DNA of 63,647 nt, filler included, from Octopus bimaculoides (Eukaryota): the NCBI RefSeq assembly GCF_001194135.2. It is 5 parts of 5 records of this genome, joined end to end, with 100 filler letters (N's around TTAATTAATTAA, not from the genome) between each part and the next. Parts side by side here need not be neighbours in the genome. Positions count along the whole stretch, not along the records: positions 1 to 27,897 come from NC_068988.1; 4 more parts are not named here. One strand, written 5' to 3'. The position numbers and the translations under genes were made by a program. This document shows positions 1 through 11,252 of the stretch, one piece after another; position 1 is the stretch's first letter, and every line of letters begins with the position of its first letter. Under the pieces are notes generated by a model. That model ran no database searches and had not been told where the DNA came from. It saw only the letters and a list, made by a program, of their open reading frames with translations.

Positions 1-335
1 AAACGGGCTGATTACTACCTAGCTCAGATACCAGGAAACCCCAAAATGGCTGAAGTCCAAAAGATAGTGCTCATGGGAACTGCCCATATCCTACGTAAAA
101 TACTGTCTATGTGATCTCAAATTTTAAAGCAAACATAATTTTCTTATGGTTTCTTAAACATTCACTTGAACAAAACTGTACAAATCCAAATATATGGTAC
201 CCTAGGCATAACACCTACATGAACTTCTAACTTGTTGTCTCTTGAGGTCTCTGGGTGAGACTTGGATCCAACTTGTACAAATGCAAAACAAAAGTCAAAC
301 ATAAAATAATAATAATAATAATAATGATGATGATA
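1..335 (+). mobile_element. 3' end of R4/Dong-like (RLE-type) non-LTR retrotransposon: ORF C-terminus, 3' UTR, (TAA)n tail
   Basis: Frame 1 from base 1 reads KRADYYLAQIPGNPKMAEVQKIVLMGTAHILRKILSM*, stop at 112-114. 'QKxVLxGTAHILRKxL' is the typical terminus of R4/Dong RLE elements. A (TAA)n run follows at 305-335. Confidence 0.8.
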
Positions 336-1635
336 AAGACCAAACATATAGTGCGTTTATTTGATTGGCAAATTATGACCATCCCCACGTATAACAATAT
401 AAATAATAGTAAATTTACTGATATATGTAAAGCTTGGTCAATTGAAATAATATTCTATGAAGCGGTGTCGAATAGAATATAACTGATTATAACAATATTC
501 AACGGACATATATATTTGTGTGCAAGAACATATGCAATTCAGTCGAGATAATTTCTATTTAAAAAATAAAGAGTAAAGAAGAAAATAATAAATAAATAGT
601 TGATACATGTAAAATCTGTTAGAAGTACGTGATGTCAGTCCCTTGTTTATTTTGAATTATTCATTTACTATAATGGATTACTGAACTACAAATATATGGT
701 TCAAAGGTGAAGATTTGTAGGAGTACGTATAGCTGTACTGGAGTTACGATGTGCAACATTTCTCTATACGATTTTGTCATACTATCGATTGTATTGCTAT
801 GAACCCAAACATAATGTAACACATTGATGAGAAGGGAGATTCGTTAAGTATTACATCAAGTATTGTAATTAATATCTATTTATTCATGAACGAAATATAT
901 GTCAAAATATACGTATTAGCCCATTTTATATACATCAGTGCATGTATATAGTTGTGTGAATATGCATATATATGTGAATACATTTTATACAAAAACTAGG
1001 ATACTTCGAACATAATATTATACTCTTGAATAGCCTTTTAAGTAATGATGTAATACATAATAGCCGTGTTGGATACAAATTTGTTGCTTGCTGAAATGTA
1101 TCCGGGTGATGGTTGATGTGTCTGATATTTCTTGAACAAATATTCCATTTGCTGTTTAGAAGGTAATGAGATAGCTGTCGTTTAGATTTCTTTTGGTTAA
1201 ATATTGACAATGCAGGCCGCCCAATTTAGGTAAAATGCGTTCTAATATTCTTTAATTGTGATGTGAGCTCATTATTTATGGAGTGAGCATGATACGCGAG
1301 TCTAAACTCAGGTAACTTTTGAATTGATACCGATAAGTTCTTTTTTTTTTTTGTAGTTTCATCTCATAGCTGTGGCCATGCAGTAACACCGCCGTTAAGG
1401 TGGAGTCCTTGCGCAGACTAAGACTGATTCTTAAGTCGAAATTAAACGGACGGAATAAGGTTGAAGCTATCAACACATTTCGACAATATTAAAGGAATAT
1501 TTTTTTCACATTGGACATGATATAGCACTCATAGTATCATTGAATCAAATAAAGTTGTATCTTTTTGAATTCATTTCGAGATTTCAGACCCGGCATATTT
1601 CTTTATTTTGTGAACGACTTCTATGGTGCTTCAGT

Positions 1636-1657
1636 ACACACACACACAAACATACAC

Positions 1658-1690
<33 letters not shown>

Positions 1691-1702
1691 TGTATGTATG
1701 TA

Positions 1703-1747
<45 letters not shown>

Positions 1748-2081
1748 NNNNNNNNNNNNNNNNNNNNNNNNNNNNNNNNNNNNNNNNNNNNNNNNNNNNN
1801 NNNNNNNNNNNNNNNNNNNNNNNNNNNNNNNNNNNNNNNNNNNNNNNNNNNNNNNNNNNNNNNNNNNNNNNNNNNNNNNNNNNNNNNNNNNNNNNNNNNN
1901 NNNNNNNNNNNNNNNNNNNNNNNNNNNNNNNNNNNNNNNNNNNNNNNNNNNNNNNNNNNNNNNNNNNNNNNNNNNNNNNNNNNNNNNNNNNNNNNNNNNN
2001 NNNNNNNNNNNNNNNNNNNNNNNNNNNNNNNNNNNNNNNNNNNNNNNNNNNNNNNNNNNNNNNNNNNNNNNNNNNNNNNNN

Positions 2082-2154
<73 letters not shown>

Positions 2155-2156
2155 AA
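1636..2156. repeat. Compound microsatellite (CA)n/(TATG)n/(TA)n spanning an N gap
   Basis: Directly visible; N from 1748-2081. Confidence 0.95.
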
Positions 2157-2867
2157 ATATATATTGTAGACATGTATAAATATATACATGTAGACAAATA
2201 TATGACTCACATACTGATGAATCCCTAACTAGAATAGTACGCATGTAAGAAACATTCTGCTTTTTAATACTACTATGAATGCAATATTTCAAAACTTTTC
2301 ATTAGTTTCTAAATTTTTCATTACGTTACCACTCTGTTAGTTTGAGTCCTTTCATGTTCATAAAACCTAGGTGACCCATCGAAATAAAGCAGCTGATTAA
2401 GAATTTAGGTTTCTAGTCTAGTAATGCTTCAATATATTTGCAGTTAATGAATCTCCCTGTAAAAACGGAATTGCAAATGGTGGACATATATCGATTTAAA
2501 AGAGAACGCTCTTCTAGCGGAAATGGGAATCGAGAAGGATGAGAAGTGTGTCAGGAATTTAATACTTGTTCCCCAGATGTGTTGTCATGACGAACTAAAT
2601 GTAAACAGAGAATATACACCTTGTATTGAAAATATGTATGTTGAAAACAAATTATGGTTATTTAAAATACCATAGAATTATGAACCTTCGGCAATAGTGT
2701 CCTATCTTAATTTAAATGAATCAGAGACGGACACTTCTAACTTTCCAGAAAGCCATTGGGGAAAGTTCAAATAAGGCCTACTGGAAACAGCAGTCCAAAT
2801 CATCTTTGAACCATACCTTATCTTCTTAAAGAATGAAGGACTATAATGCCATTTTAAATACAGTACA

Positions 2868-3256
2868 AGTGGAGGCGCAATGGCCCAGTGGTTAGGGCAG
2901 CGGACTCGCGGTCATAGGATCGTGGTTTCGATTCCCAGACCGGGCGTTGTGAGTGTTTATTGTGCGAAAACACCCAAAGCTTCACGAGGCTCCGGTAGAG
3001 GGTGGTGGTGAACCCGCTGTACTCTTCCACCACAACCTCCTCTCACTCTTACTTCCTGTTTCTGTTGTGCCTCTAATTCAAAGGGTCAGCCTTGTCACAC
3101 GGTGTCACGCTGAATATCCCCGAGAACTACGTTAAGGTTACACGTGTCTGTGGATTGCTCAGCCACTTGGACGTTAATTTCACGAGCAGGCTGTTCCGTT
3201 GATCGGATCAACTGGAACCCTCAACGCCGTAAGCGACGGAGTGCCAACAACAAAAG
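2868..3256 (+). mobile_element. tRNA-derived SINE (family C here), full length with 10-bp target-site duplication
   Basis: Head GGAGGCGCAATGGCCCAGTGGTTAGGG has A-box TGGCCCAGTGG and B-box-like GGTTTCGATTCC. Tail ends in (CAA)-like repeats. ATACAGTACA occurs at both 2858-2867 and 3257-3266. Confidence 0.85.
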
Positions 3257-3864
3257 ATACAGTACATTAGAAGAAAATGTAGTATGATCAAACCTGGATG
3301 AAAATATTATAGCATGATCTCACTTGGTTAGGCTTGGCATTGGGCTAAACACTAACTGATGTTTCAGTACAGTGGCAATCACAAATTTTACAATGAATAT
3401 TCTGTAGCAGTAGCACTCCATGATGATATTATCAGTGATAACTAAGAGTTCTCTGCAATAAACGGTTTTCCTCTCATCTATTTATGGCGATACAAAGTGT
3501 GTTAAGAATGTACTTTAAGATCCCTTTTTGAGTAATTTAATTCTTCGCATAAACACAATGTAAACTACAATTGTTTATCGTTGGTTTCTCTAAGTTTGAA
3601 TGATGTTAATATTGCTTGAGGGTACTAAATGTGAATAATGAGGTTCGAGTATTTGCAATGGATTTGAGCGGTATAACTAAATGTGCTGTCAATGAAAAAG
3701 CAGATAAGGTTACAAGGTATGGAAACTCTATCTCTGCTTTCTGTCCGTACAAACGAATCGATAGAAAGATAATGAGTGTATGCATGTGAGAAAGATGGAT
3801 GGAGAAAGAGTGCAAGAGGGTGACAGAAAATTAGAGAGGATGTATAAAACAACTAAAATGTTGT

Positions 3865-3867
<3 letters not shown>

Positions 3868-3926
<59 letters not shown>
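3868..3926. repeat. (GA)n microsatellite
   Basis: Directly visible. Confidence 0.97.
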
Positions 3927-3929
<3 letters not shown>

Positions 3930-4487
3930 TGAGCGGAAGAAATGTTGTCTTAATACTACAGCACGCCGAGTTAAGTGCAAATTGTCAAAGGGTTTGTTTA
4001 CATTGCCAAAAGGAAAATACTCTCACAATAGCATAAATAGCTTGGGGTAAGAATGATGTACAGTTTATATCGTTTCAATTACAAATTACTCTAGGTGGTT
4101 TGTTATCTTATGAATATAAAATGAAAGTAAATACAATTCATTACAATTTTATTGTCAGTGAAGTTATATCACGTTATCAAAATGACATAGCATAGAGTCT
4201 TAAGCGTAATATTGATTTCGAATATAGAAACAATGTCTTCTATTATAGAGGAAGTATATAAGTAGATTAAACCAATTCCAGTACTTCACTGATAATTTAT
4301 TTTATAACCCAGCCAAAATAAATGGTAATGCTGTCCAGGGTGAGTTTTGATTTGGTGTGGTATGGATGACAGATATGTAACTAAGCGCGGCAAATAATTT
4401 TGTCTATTCTTCAATTTCTGTGAATTGTACGTCTGTAATATGAATGACAGTATATTATGAAATACACTGGTGATATTAGTATTACAT

Positions 4488-4488
4488 C

Positions 4489-4541
<53 letters not shown>

Positions 4542-4712
4542 CAGGAAATCAGACAAACAAACAACTAGATAGACAGATACATAAATACATACATACATAC
4601 ATACATACATACATACGTACATACATACACATAGACACACACATACATGAACACACTTGTATATACACACAGACATGCAAACACACACACGCACGCACAC
4701 ATACACATACAC
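4488..4712. repeat. Compound (GATA)n/(CATA)n/(CA)n microsatellite
   Basis: Directly visible. Confidence 0.95.
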
Positions 4713-5171
4713 ACAACATGCATATTTTGAGTTGTTTCATGTATCGTTTCTATGAAGAATTTAATTATAAAATCAGTCATTTGCCACTTCTTCCGTGCAT
4801 GGTTTCCCTCTTACGCTATGTTTATTTCATCCTCATTTAAAATAACTGGCAGATGAAAAATTTATCTTAAACAATATGTCTATCACTAAGAATTTTACGA
4901 CTGGTGTACAAGTTATATTAACTTTAAGTACAATAATATCATCTATTGTACTAATAAGGAATGAATTCAAGTTTGATGGGGTAACTTTAACTAGTATTGC
5001 AGACTGTAGGTTGAAACGGTCTCACCTCTTCAGACACGAACTGCGTTTTATGTAAGGAAGTACCAAGCAAGTATGCTGGTAACTAATAACGTTAACGGCT
5101 AGTGTACGTTCGTTCCTTGTTGATTTTGCACTGTTATTGTGTTACATAGATGGTTTGCATACCACAGAATT

Positions 5172-5880
5172 ATGGATCTTACTCCCAACTTCTTACGCTA
5201 TGCATGCTCTAATCTGATTTTCAAAATCCTACTCATATTTGGTAAGTAACATGTGTAAGACCATGGACGCGATAGAGAGTTCTCTCCATATTCCATGAGT
5301 TATCAAAATTAGTTAGAAGATATTTCAGTTATTTCTTCTTAGCGCATTTAAAAAAAAGCCTGTTATAGCAAAGAACTTAATCATGTAGTGTAATTTATGC
5401 TATGAAACGAGACTAACTCCTCACAATGTCCAACATGCAGTATTAAAAATGTGTTGTATATGTTAGCAACACCGTAGGGAATATTATGGAGAAAAAACTG
5501 AAAGCAATCTCACATTTCAGCTTATACCTCGTAATGACCTACTTCATGATTTTTACTTACCTTAGGGGCAAGATGAAGTGTTTGCTTTCAGATTTGAAGA
5601 TTGAAAAATATAAGAAGATTTATACTAAATTTTATGTTTTCTGCTGACGGTTCATGAAAGAAAGAGGTTTTTGAAGATGCTAATTGAATCAAAGTTTCTG
5701 CAGTGATTATTTATTGATGCCTCAATAGCGAGGTTGGAAACATTCTTCATAACAGAAATATGTTCCCATCTACACATGCTGTACGTGGTGTAATAATGAA
5801 AAAGTAATATAACAACATGAAGTTTGCTTTTTGAGAAGGTTTAATATAAGAAATAGAACAGTTCTATATTTAAGAGATGA
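5172..5880 (+). pseudogene. Decayed Chapaev3-like (CMC superfamily) transposase, N-terminal part
   Basis: Frameshifted translation gives CSN..K...IFGK (cf. CxNxPDxFCYICG), NDLLHDFYLP (cf. NDLVRDLxL) and LFIDAS..RL..LHNRNMFPS...MKK*YNNMKF (cf. RLFIDSSKxSLKAVLLHNGNxYPS). Confidence 0.65.
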
Positions 5881-5937
5881 GGAATTATGTACATTATTTA
5901 CATTTGACGGATATTTACCCTCATCTTGTTTGTTGTT

Positions 5938-5981
5938 AACACAACGTTTCAGCTGATATACCCTCCAGCCTTCAACAGGTG
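5938..5981 (-). ncRNA. Minimal type I hammerhead-like motif (core variant CUGUUGA)
   Basis: Minus strand: CAC-CTGTTGA-A-GGCTG(loop)CAGCT-GAAAC-GTT-GTG. Stem I CAC/GTG and stem II GCTG/CAGC pair. Confidence 0.65.
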
Positions 5982-6051
5982 AAATTTCTAACCTGGGTTC
6001 TCATTCCTAAGGAATCTTTAGATGCTGTTATTATTATTATTATTATTATTA

Positions 6052-6120
6052 TGGAATCGAACTCGGAATCTTGGGGTTAGTAGCCCGCGCTCTTAACCAC
6101 TACGCCATATGCCTATGGGC
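6052..6120 (-). ncRNA. tRNA-like (Ile-AAT-like) Pol III head inside the PLE terminal repeat
   Basis: Minus strand reads GGCATA TGGCGTAGTGG TTAAGAGC GCGGG CTACTAA CCCCA AGATT CCGAG TTCGATT CC, with A and B boxes. It lacks a complete acceptor stem, so it is not a tRNA gene. A decayed counterpart lies at 6901-6962 (+). Confidence 0.75.
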
Positions 6121-7030
6121 AATTATGGAGTGAATTTTAGGGCTTATAAATCTAATATTTTCCTACCTTTCCTTAATACCGGTTCCAATATGCTACTCAT
6201 ATCCGCACTCGGTCTGCTTAGGAGGTTGTTGTGTCCTAGCATATATGCTGCTTTTAGTTTTCGTATTTTTCCAGTGGTATTCTCTGTCTATTATTTTAAC
6301 TTCATCCCACAGCGGGAGGTGGTCACCTTTTTCCATAAATAATCAGCTATACCCGATTTATCAATATCTCCTCGTGCCACACCTTATTTTGAGGGGGTGC
6401 CATGTTTCGCCTTTCAATAATCTACCACAGTTGCATAGGATGGAGTACACGCAGTCTTTGGTCATATTTACTTGTATTGGTGGTTTTACTCCAAGGAGAT
6501 ATTTGCGAAGTGTTGTATTTCTCTTGAATACTGTCCTGATGTCATATGGGCCGCATATCGTTTGTATCTTTTCGGAGAGACCTTTCACATATGCTAGACA
6601 GACTGTGGACAGTTTATTGGTTTCATCATCGCTTTTCTTCATAATTGGAGTGGATAGTATGTTTTTGGGGTAGTTGTTGCTTAATAGATTGTTATTGAGC
6701 TTGATCATTTCTTCGTGGTGTGTATCACGATCGCTACTTCTGTTCTTTGCTCGATGTTTTAGGCACTGAGCAATGCCAGGACACAACAACCTCCTAAGTA
6801 GGCCGACTGTAGATATGAGTAGCATATGGGAACCGGTATTAAGGTAGGATAGGAAACTATTAGATTTAAAAGCCCTAAAATTCACTCCATAACTGCCCAC
6901 GGGCATATGGCCAGCTTGTTAAGAGCGCCGGCTACTAACCCAAAAAACTCCGATTCCGACTCAAATCATAATATTACTAATAATAACATTAATAATTTTA
7001 ATAATAATAACATCGAAAAATGAAAACCCA

Positions 7031-7076
7031 GACACCTGATGAATGCTGGAGGTTATATCAGCCGAAACTTTGTGTT
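7031..7076 (+). ncRNA. Minimal type I hammerhead-like motif in the right pLTR (canonical core, mutated cleavage site)
   Basis: GACAC-CTGATGA-AT-GCTG(10 nt)CAGC-C-GAAAC-TTT-GTGTT. Stem I GACAC/GTGTT. G16.2 is replaced by T. Confidence 0.7.
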
Positions 7077-7134
7077 AACAAGAAACAAGATGAGGACAAT
7101 TATCCTTCAAATGTAAATAATGTAAATAATGTAT

Positions 7135-7860
7135 CAGAAATAGAGGTAGAATATCTAGTGATCTGAAGGTCATTGCAATCTCGCTAGAGTTTAGGCAAGG
7201 TCACACCAAACACGTTCGTTTAGAAGAGGATAGTGGGGAAAAACACAGCCAATAAGTTAAAACGAATTTATCAAATCGTACCTCGCTTTTTCTAGGCAAG
7301 AATATTCTGAGCTGCTCATTTGCTGACTTCAATAAATCCTTCATTTCTATATTAAGCTGGATTTATGAAACACTTTGTTAAGCAGTGGATAAACTATAAA
7401 TCAGATTCAAATATTTGCAAATTAAGTTTCCGAGGATCAGAAATGTAAAGATTAAAGAAATATTTCCAAAGGCTTTCTTATCCGAGAAATATTAAGAGAT
7501 GAAGGGCTTGAAGCTTAGTTGAATGAAGATGCGAAAGCTGCATAACAAAGTTTCAAATGTATCTGTACGATTCTTTAGGAAATCACATGGTTGAAATCTA
7601 TTCCGAAATTGTTGGTGATATTTAAAATTCTTACCATGCAACGGGGCACAATGTATCAGTAAAGGTACATTTATAGGTCTCCCATTTTGCCTGTTTCCAG
7701 AAAAAGAATTTAATGTAAGCTACGAACATGGCGAGAATTTACCCCGGATTTTTCAACCATAGTAAAACATTATCAAGTATCCTGGAGCCCCCAGAGTTTT
7801 CTGACTACTGCTGGACCTTCAAGAGGGTGATGCGGAAAGCGTGACAAAAGATATATTAGA
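7135..7860 (+). pseudogene. Decayed Chapaev3-like transposase, C-terminal part (continues 5172-5880 after the PLE insertion)
   Basis: Reads SSDLKVIAISL..QGHTK; L.IKLGFMKHFVK; KFPRI..KIKE; LNEDAKAA*QSFKCICT..LGNH; SYHATGHNVSVKVH..SHFACFPE; VSYEHGE; SDYCWTFKR. These match LHIKLGLMKNFVK, SDEHGERFHQD and ADYCWTLKR motifs. Confidence 0.8.
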
Positions 7861-8526
7861 AAACCAGCCTATATACTTTTTAAATTATATGTATACTAAT
7901 GTTTCGGATCGTAAGTTTTAAAAAATATGTAGCAATAAATGTTTTTGAAAATTAAATTGCATGCCATTCAAATATTTGTTGCGAAATCTCACAACTTGAT
8001 TAAGATTCAGTTGAAAAATACTATTAAGATGTCACGGAATAATGTCTGTTCCCTCTAATGTAATTATAACAATGTTCACTAATCGATCAATTGCATGATT
8101 ACTTAAATATATTTATAAATCCCTTTTTTCGGGAATTTCTTAAACCATCCCTTTACAACATTACCTTAATTTTTGTTTCAATGGTTGTAGATAACTTTGT
8201 AAGAGGGTGTTATAGCCGTAGTTAGGGCCAAAGAAGCACCGATTTAACTGAACTGTGATCAAATCATTCTATCCTTGCACATCTCAACATGAATCGAAGT
8301 TTAAATTTTTTAATGTGCCCTTAGTATTTCAACGACAGCGAGCAGGGATTAGAGTGATACGAGAGGGCTACATTTAAATGGTCCAGCGATTCTATAAGCG
8401 CTAAGTCATTGTTTTGCGTAAGCTTATGTTTTAGAAAGTTCAGACTGAAAATCAAATTCACTCAAACCCTACCCTCTATCACATAATATTGGATATCTAA
8501 CAGTATATTTTCAAGCGTATCCAATG

Positions 8527-8990
8527 TACAGCGTGTTCAGGTTAAATTTAACAATCTTTGTGTCTCCCTGCTTTTCTTAGGACCCGCTCGACACATTAGT
8601 GAATAGTCAACGCCGTTGAAAATCATAAAGGTGTGGATGGCGGGAAGCCATCACCATATTAGAAAAGAGTAACTAGTATTATGATGATTTTCGAGGAGGT
8701 CAAAATGCCGACATTATGACTGCCTATCAAGATCTCTGAAATTGTAAATTTTGTAAAACCTAATATGGATAGGTCCTATCTATCATGAAAACCAAGTTCA
8801 TCCAGAGTGTGACTGTCTTTGGATGTGTCTCCAGTGAGGATGACGTCATACCGCTGCACGACTCCGAATAGTGCATTAGGCTCAATTTAGATGACTATGT
8901 AAAGCTGCTTGAGATTGTGGTCAATTGTTGGCTGAAGAGGGTTGTTGCCAGAAGGCTATGAATGTGGGTGTAGGAATCAGCTGTCTAGTT
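8527..8990 (+). mobile_element. Decayed, internally deleted maT/DD37D-like (Tc1/mariner superfamily) element
   Basis: TIR-like start TACAGCGTGTTCAGGTTAAATTT. From ~8790 it reads TKFIQSVTVFGCVSSEDDVIP...LRLNLDDYVKLLEIVVNCWLKRVVARRL*MWV*ESA (cf. TKFPASVMVFGVVSSEGDVMPP...PYVWQQDSAP). Confidence 0.7.
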
Positions 8991-11157
8991 GATACCTAGT
9001 CAAATATATATTGGAAGCAATTGAGGAAACGACCATCCCAGCTTTCTAGAGGTATGACATAGACAACTCACTATTCAATGTGCTCCTTTTGCAACAGAAT
9101 AGGATTTTGTTTGAAGGGTAGGTTATCTCCCGTAGGATGTCTATCGAATAGAAGCTCTCTCGTTCACTCGGCGTAAATCAATTTCAAGTAAACTGCTAAA
9201 TTAATGTATCGAAACAGGATAAATCTACTGGTTGAGTCTATTTCTGTGCCAAATGGCAATATCTATTCAATTAACATCACTTGTGTTCGGGTGAATATAT
9301 TTACAAATTACCTCGACTATATATGGAAACAACACAGCGATATACAAGCATACACGGAAACCAATGGATGTAAGAATGATACGTAAATAACATGAGCAAA
9401 TAGAGAGCACTAACATGTAGGAATGAACTCCATTTGAGTTATTTTGGTTTGAATAAAAATCCTCAATTCATTCCTTACCGTACTTTGATTCGGAGCAAAC
9501 TTCTGTCTTGTTATCCACTAGTCATAAGAGAAAGTTGATGTTTATTTTATTCTAAGCAGAGTCACATCTTAATGTGTAATGAAAAGATCAAACGCTAAAA
9601 AACGCCCCACATATTAAGATAACCTAACAATCAAAATACTGTTTAAGACTCAATGGTGAGCAGAAAGCTCGATCATATGTGGAAGTAATGATGCTTACGC
9701 TCACATGCAAATACACTCATAAACACACATCTGTCTGTCTGTCTATCTATCTATCTATATATACATACACACACGCATATATACACACATAGGAATGTAT
9801 GTATGTTGTATGTATGTATGTATGCAGCATAATCATTTTCTAGCTGTATGTTATACTAACTGTTGAGCAATAAAGGATTTGGTCTATAACCGTAAAGTGA
9901 AAAATAGTTTGAAATTCTGTTTAGTGGAATTAAATATTCCTGGCTGAAGAGAAGCCCACACTTTATATACAATATCCACGTACGAGTATAACAATGTATA
10001 TTAATAAGGTTTGCATGTGTGTATATATCTGTGTTCATATACTTGGGTTCGTGCGTATTTGTGAGTGTGCGTGTGTGTGTGAGTGAGGTTGTGCGTGCGC
10101 GTGTGCGTATGTATGCATGCATTTGTGCATAAGTATGTACGTGTATTTCCATGTTCAGCTTACGGCAATCAATTTGATTTCCTACCAGAAACATACCAAG
10201 AGCCGATCAATTGTTGATATTTATTACAAGAAAAACTGTTTAGGGAATTTACGTTCATAAATTATATGGAGATTTCTACTTCTAATCTCTTTCCCTTCTG
10301 TCTTTAAACTTGAGTATCCTTTTGGGTGTTGTTCACAGAGATGCGTTCGACTCTACTCGATTTATATTACATAAAAACAATCTCTTAAATCTGACCGCCA
10401 TAATTTCATTGTGCAGACTACTGACAGCTATCAGCATCGCGTTTCTATTCATTGTCGTTGTTATTATTATTATTATTGTTCCAGTCCCCATCGCCGCCAC
10501 GAGCGACATAATGATTATCAGCATCAACGTTATTCGGAGGACATGCCTGACTTGCTCAGTTCCCTTTGGTGTCATAGAATAAAGTGGTGGACAGAAAAAG
10601 TTTTGTGTACTATTGGAAAGTGCAACAAGTTGATGTACAATGATGTGAAGCAGATTTAGTGTTAATTAAATCACCTACGTGTTTTTCAATGACTTGCCAT
10701 ATTCTTTTGTCTTGCTGTCTTTGACGATCAGTTGAAAACATTAATCAATGTCATATCGTATAGAGACTAACTGCTTTAGAATCGAATATTGTAGTTAAAT
10801 GGAACTTTTATAGTAATTGCTGTTTTGGTGTTAACATCTCTGTGTGTAATTGCTACAGTAATAGCAACGTACATTTTCTCTGTGAAAATAATACCACAAT
10901 AACTATTTGGAGTTACTGCGTTGTCTGTCTGCTTCAAATATTAACTAAATCACTCTCCAACAACGTCCTGCCATCTTAAAATACGGAAGAACATATCGGA
11001 TGGTATAATTCTGTAATACTATGCAAGAGACAAGTTGGTTGCGGCTGAGAGCTCATTGTTCAGAGTTCTGCTTTAACAGAGTAATCTGCCGTTAAGAACA
11101 AGAATAAGAGCAACAACAACAAATAGCCACTACAACTGCTACCACTATTGGTGCAAC

Positions 11158-11159
11158 GG

Positions 11160-11203
<44 letters not shown>

Positions 11204-11204
11204 G

Positions 11205-11240
<36 letters not shown>

Positions 11241-11252
11241 TACTACTACTAT
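11158..11252. repeat. (CTA)n trinucleotide microsatellite
   Basis: Directly visible; source of the poly-Leu ORF 11148-11354. Confidence 0.97.

Larger units (their letters stand above)
5890..7133 (-). mobile_element. Penelope-like element remnant: linker + GIY-YIG endonuclease, flanked by ~355-bp inverted copies of its 3' end/pLTR
   Basis: Minus strand (ORF 6361-6906 plus frameshift) reads VCLAYVKGLSEKIQTICGPYDIRTVFK...CVYSILCNCGRLLKGETWHPLK...KSGIADYLW..DHLPLWDEVKIIDRE..., stop at 6144. Segment 5890-6242 is the diverged reverse complement of 6773-7133. Confidence 0.88.

Noticed and set aside
5012-5036. Hammerhead on the minus strand (CTGAAGA-GGT-GAG-ACC-...)
   Set aside because: Followed by GTTTC rather than GAAAC, so the core is incomplete.
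5150-5241. Apparent 92-nt coding exon (TAG acceptor, GTAAGT donor, open frame WFAYHRIMDLTPNFLRYACSN...) in phase with a second acceptor at about 5592
   Set aside because: Both segments are better explained as the decayed Chapaev3 transposase (CSN...IFGK corresponds to CxN...ICGK). The splice-like signals are probably coincidental.
6052-6120. Functional tRNA gene
   Set aside because: No complete acceptor stem, and it is embedded in a duplicated PLE terminal repeat.
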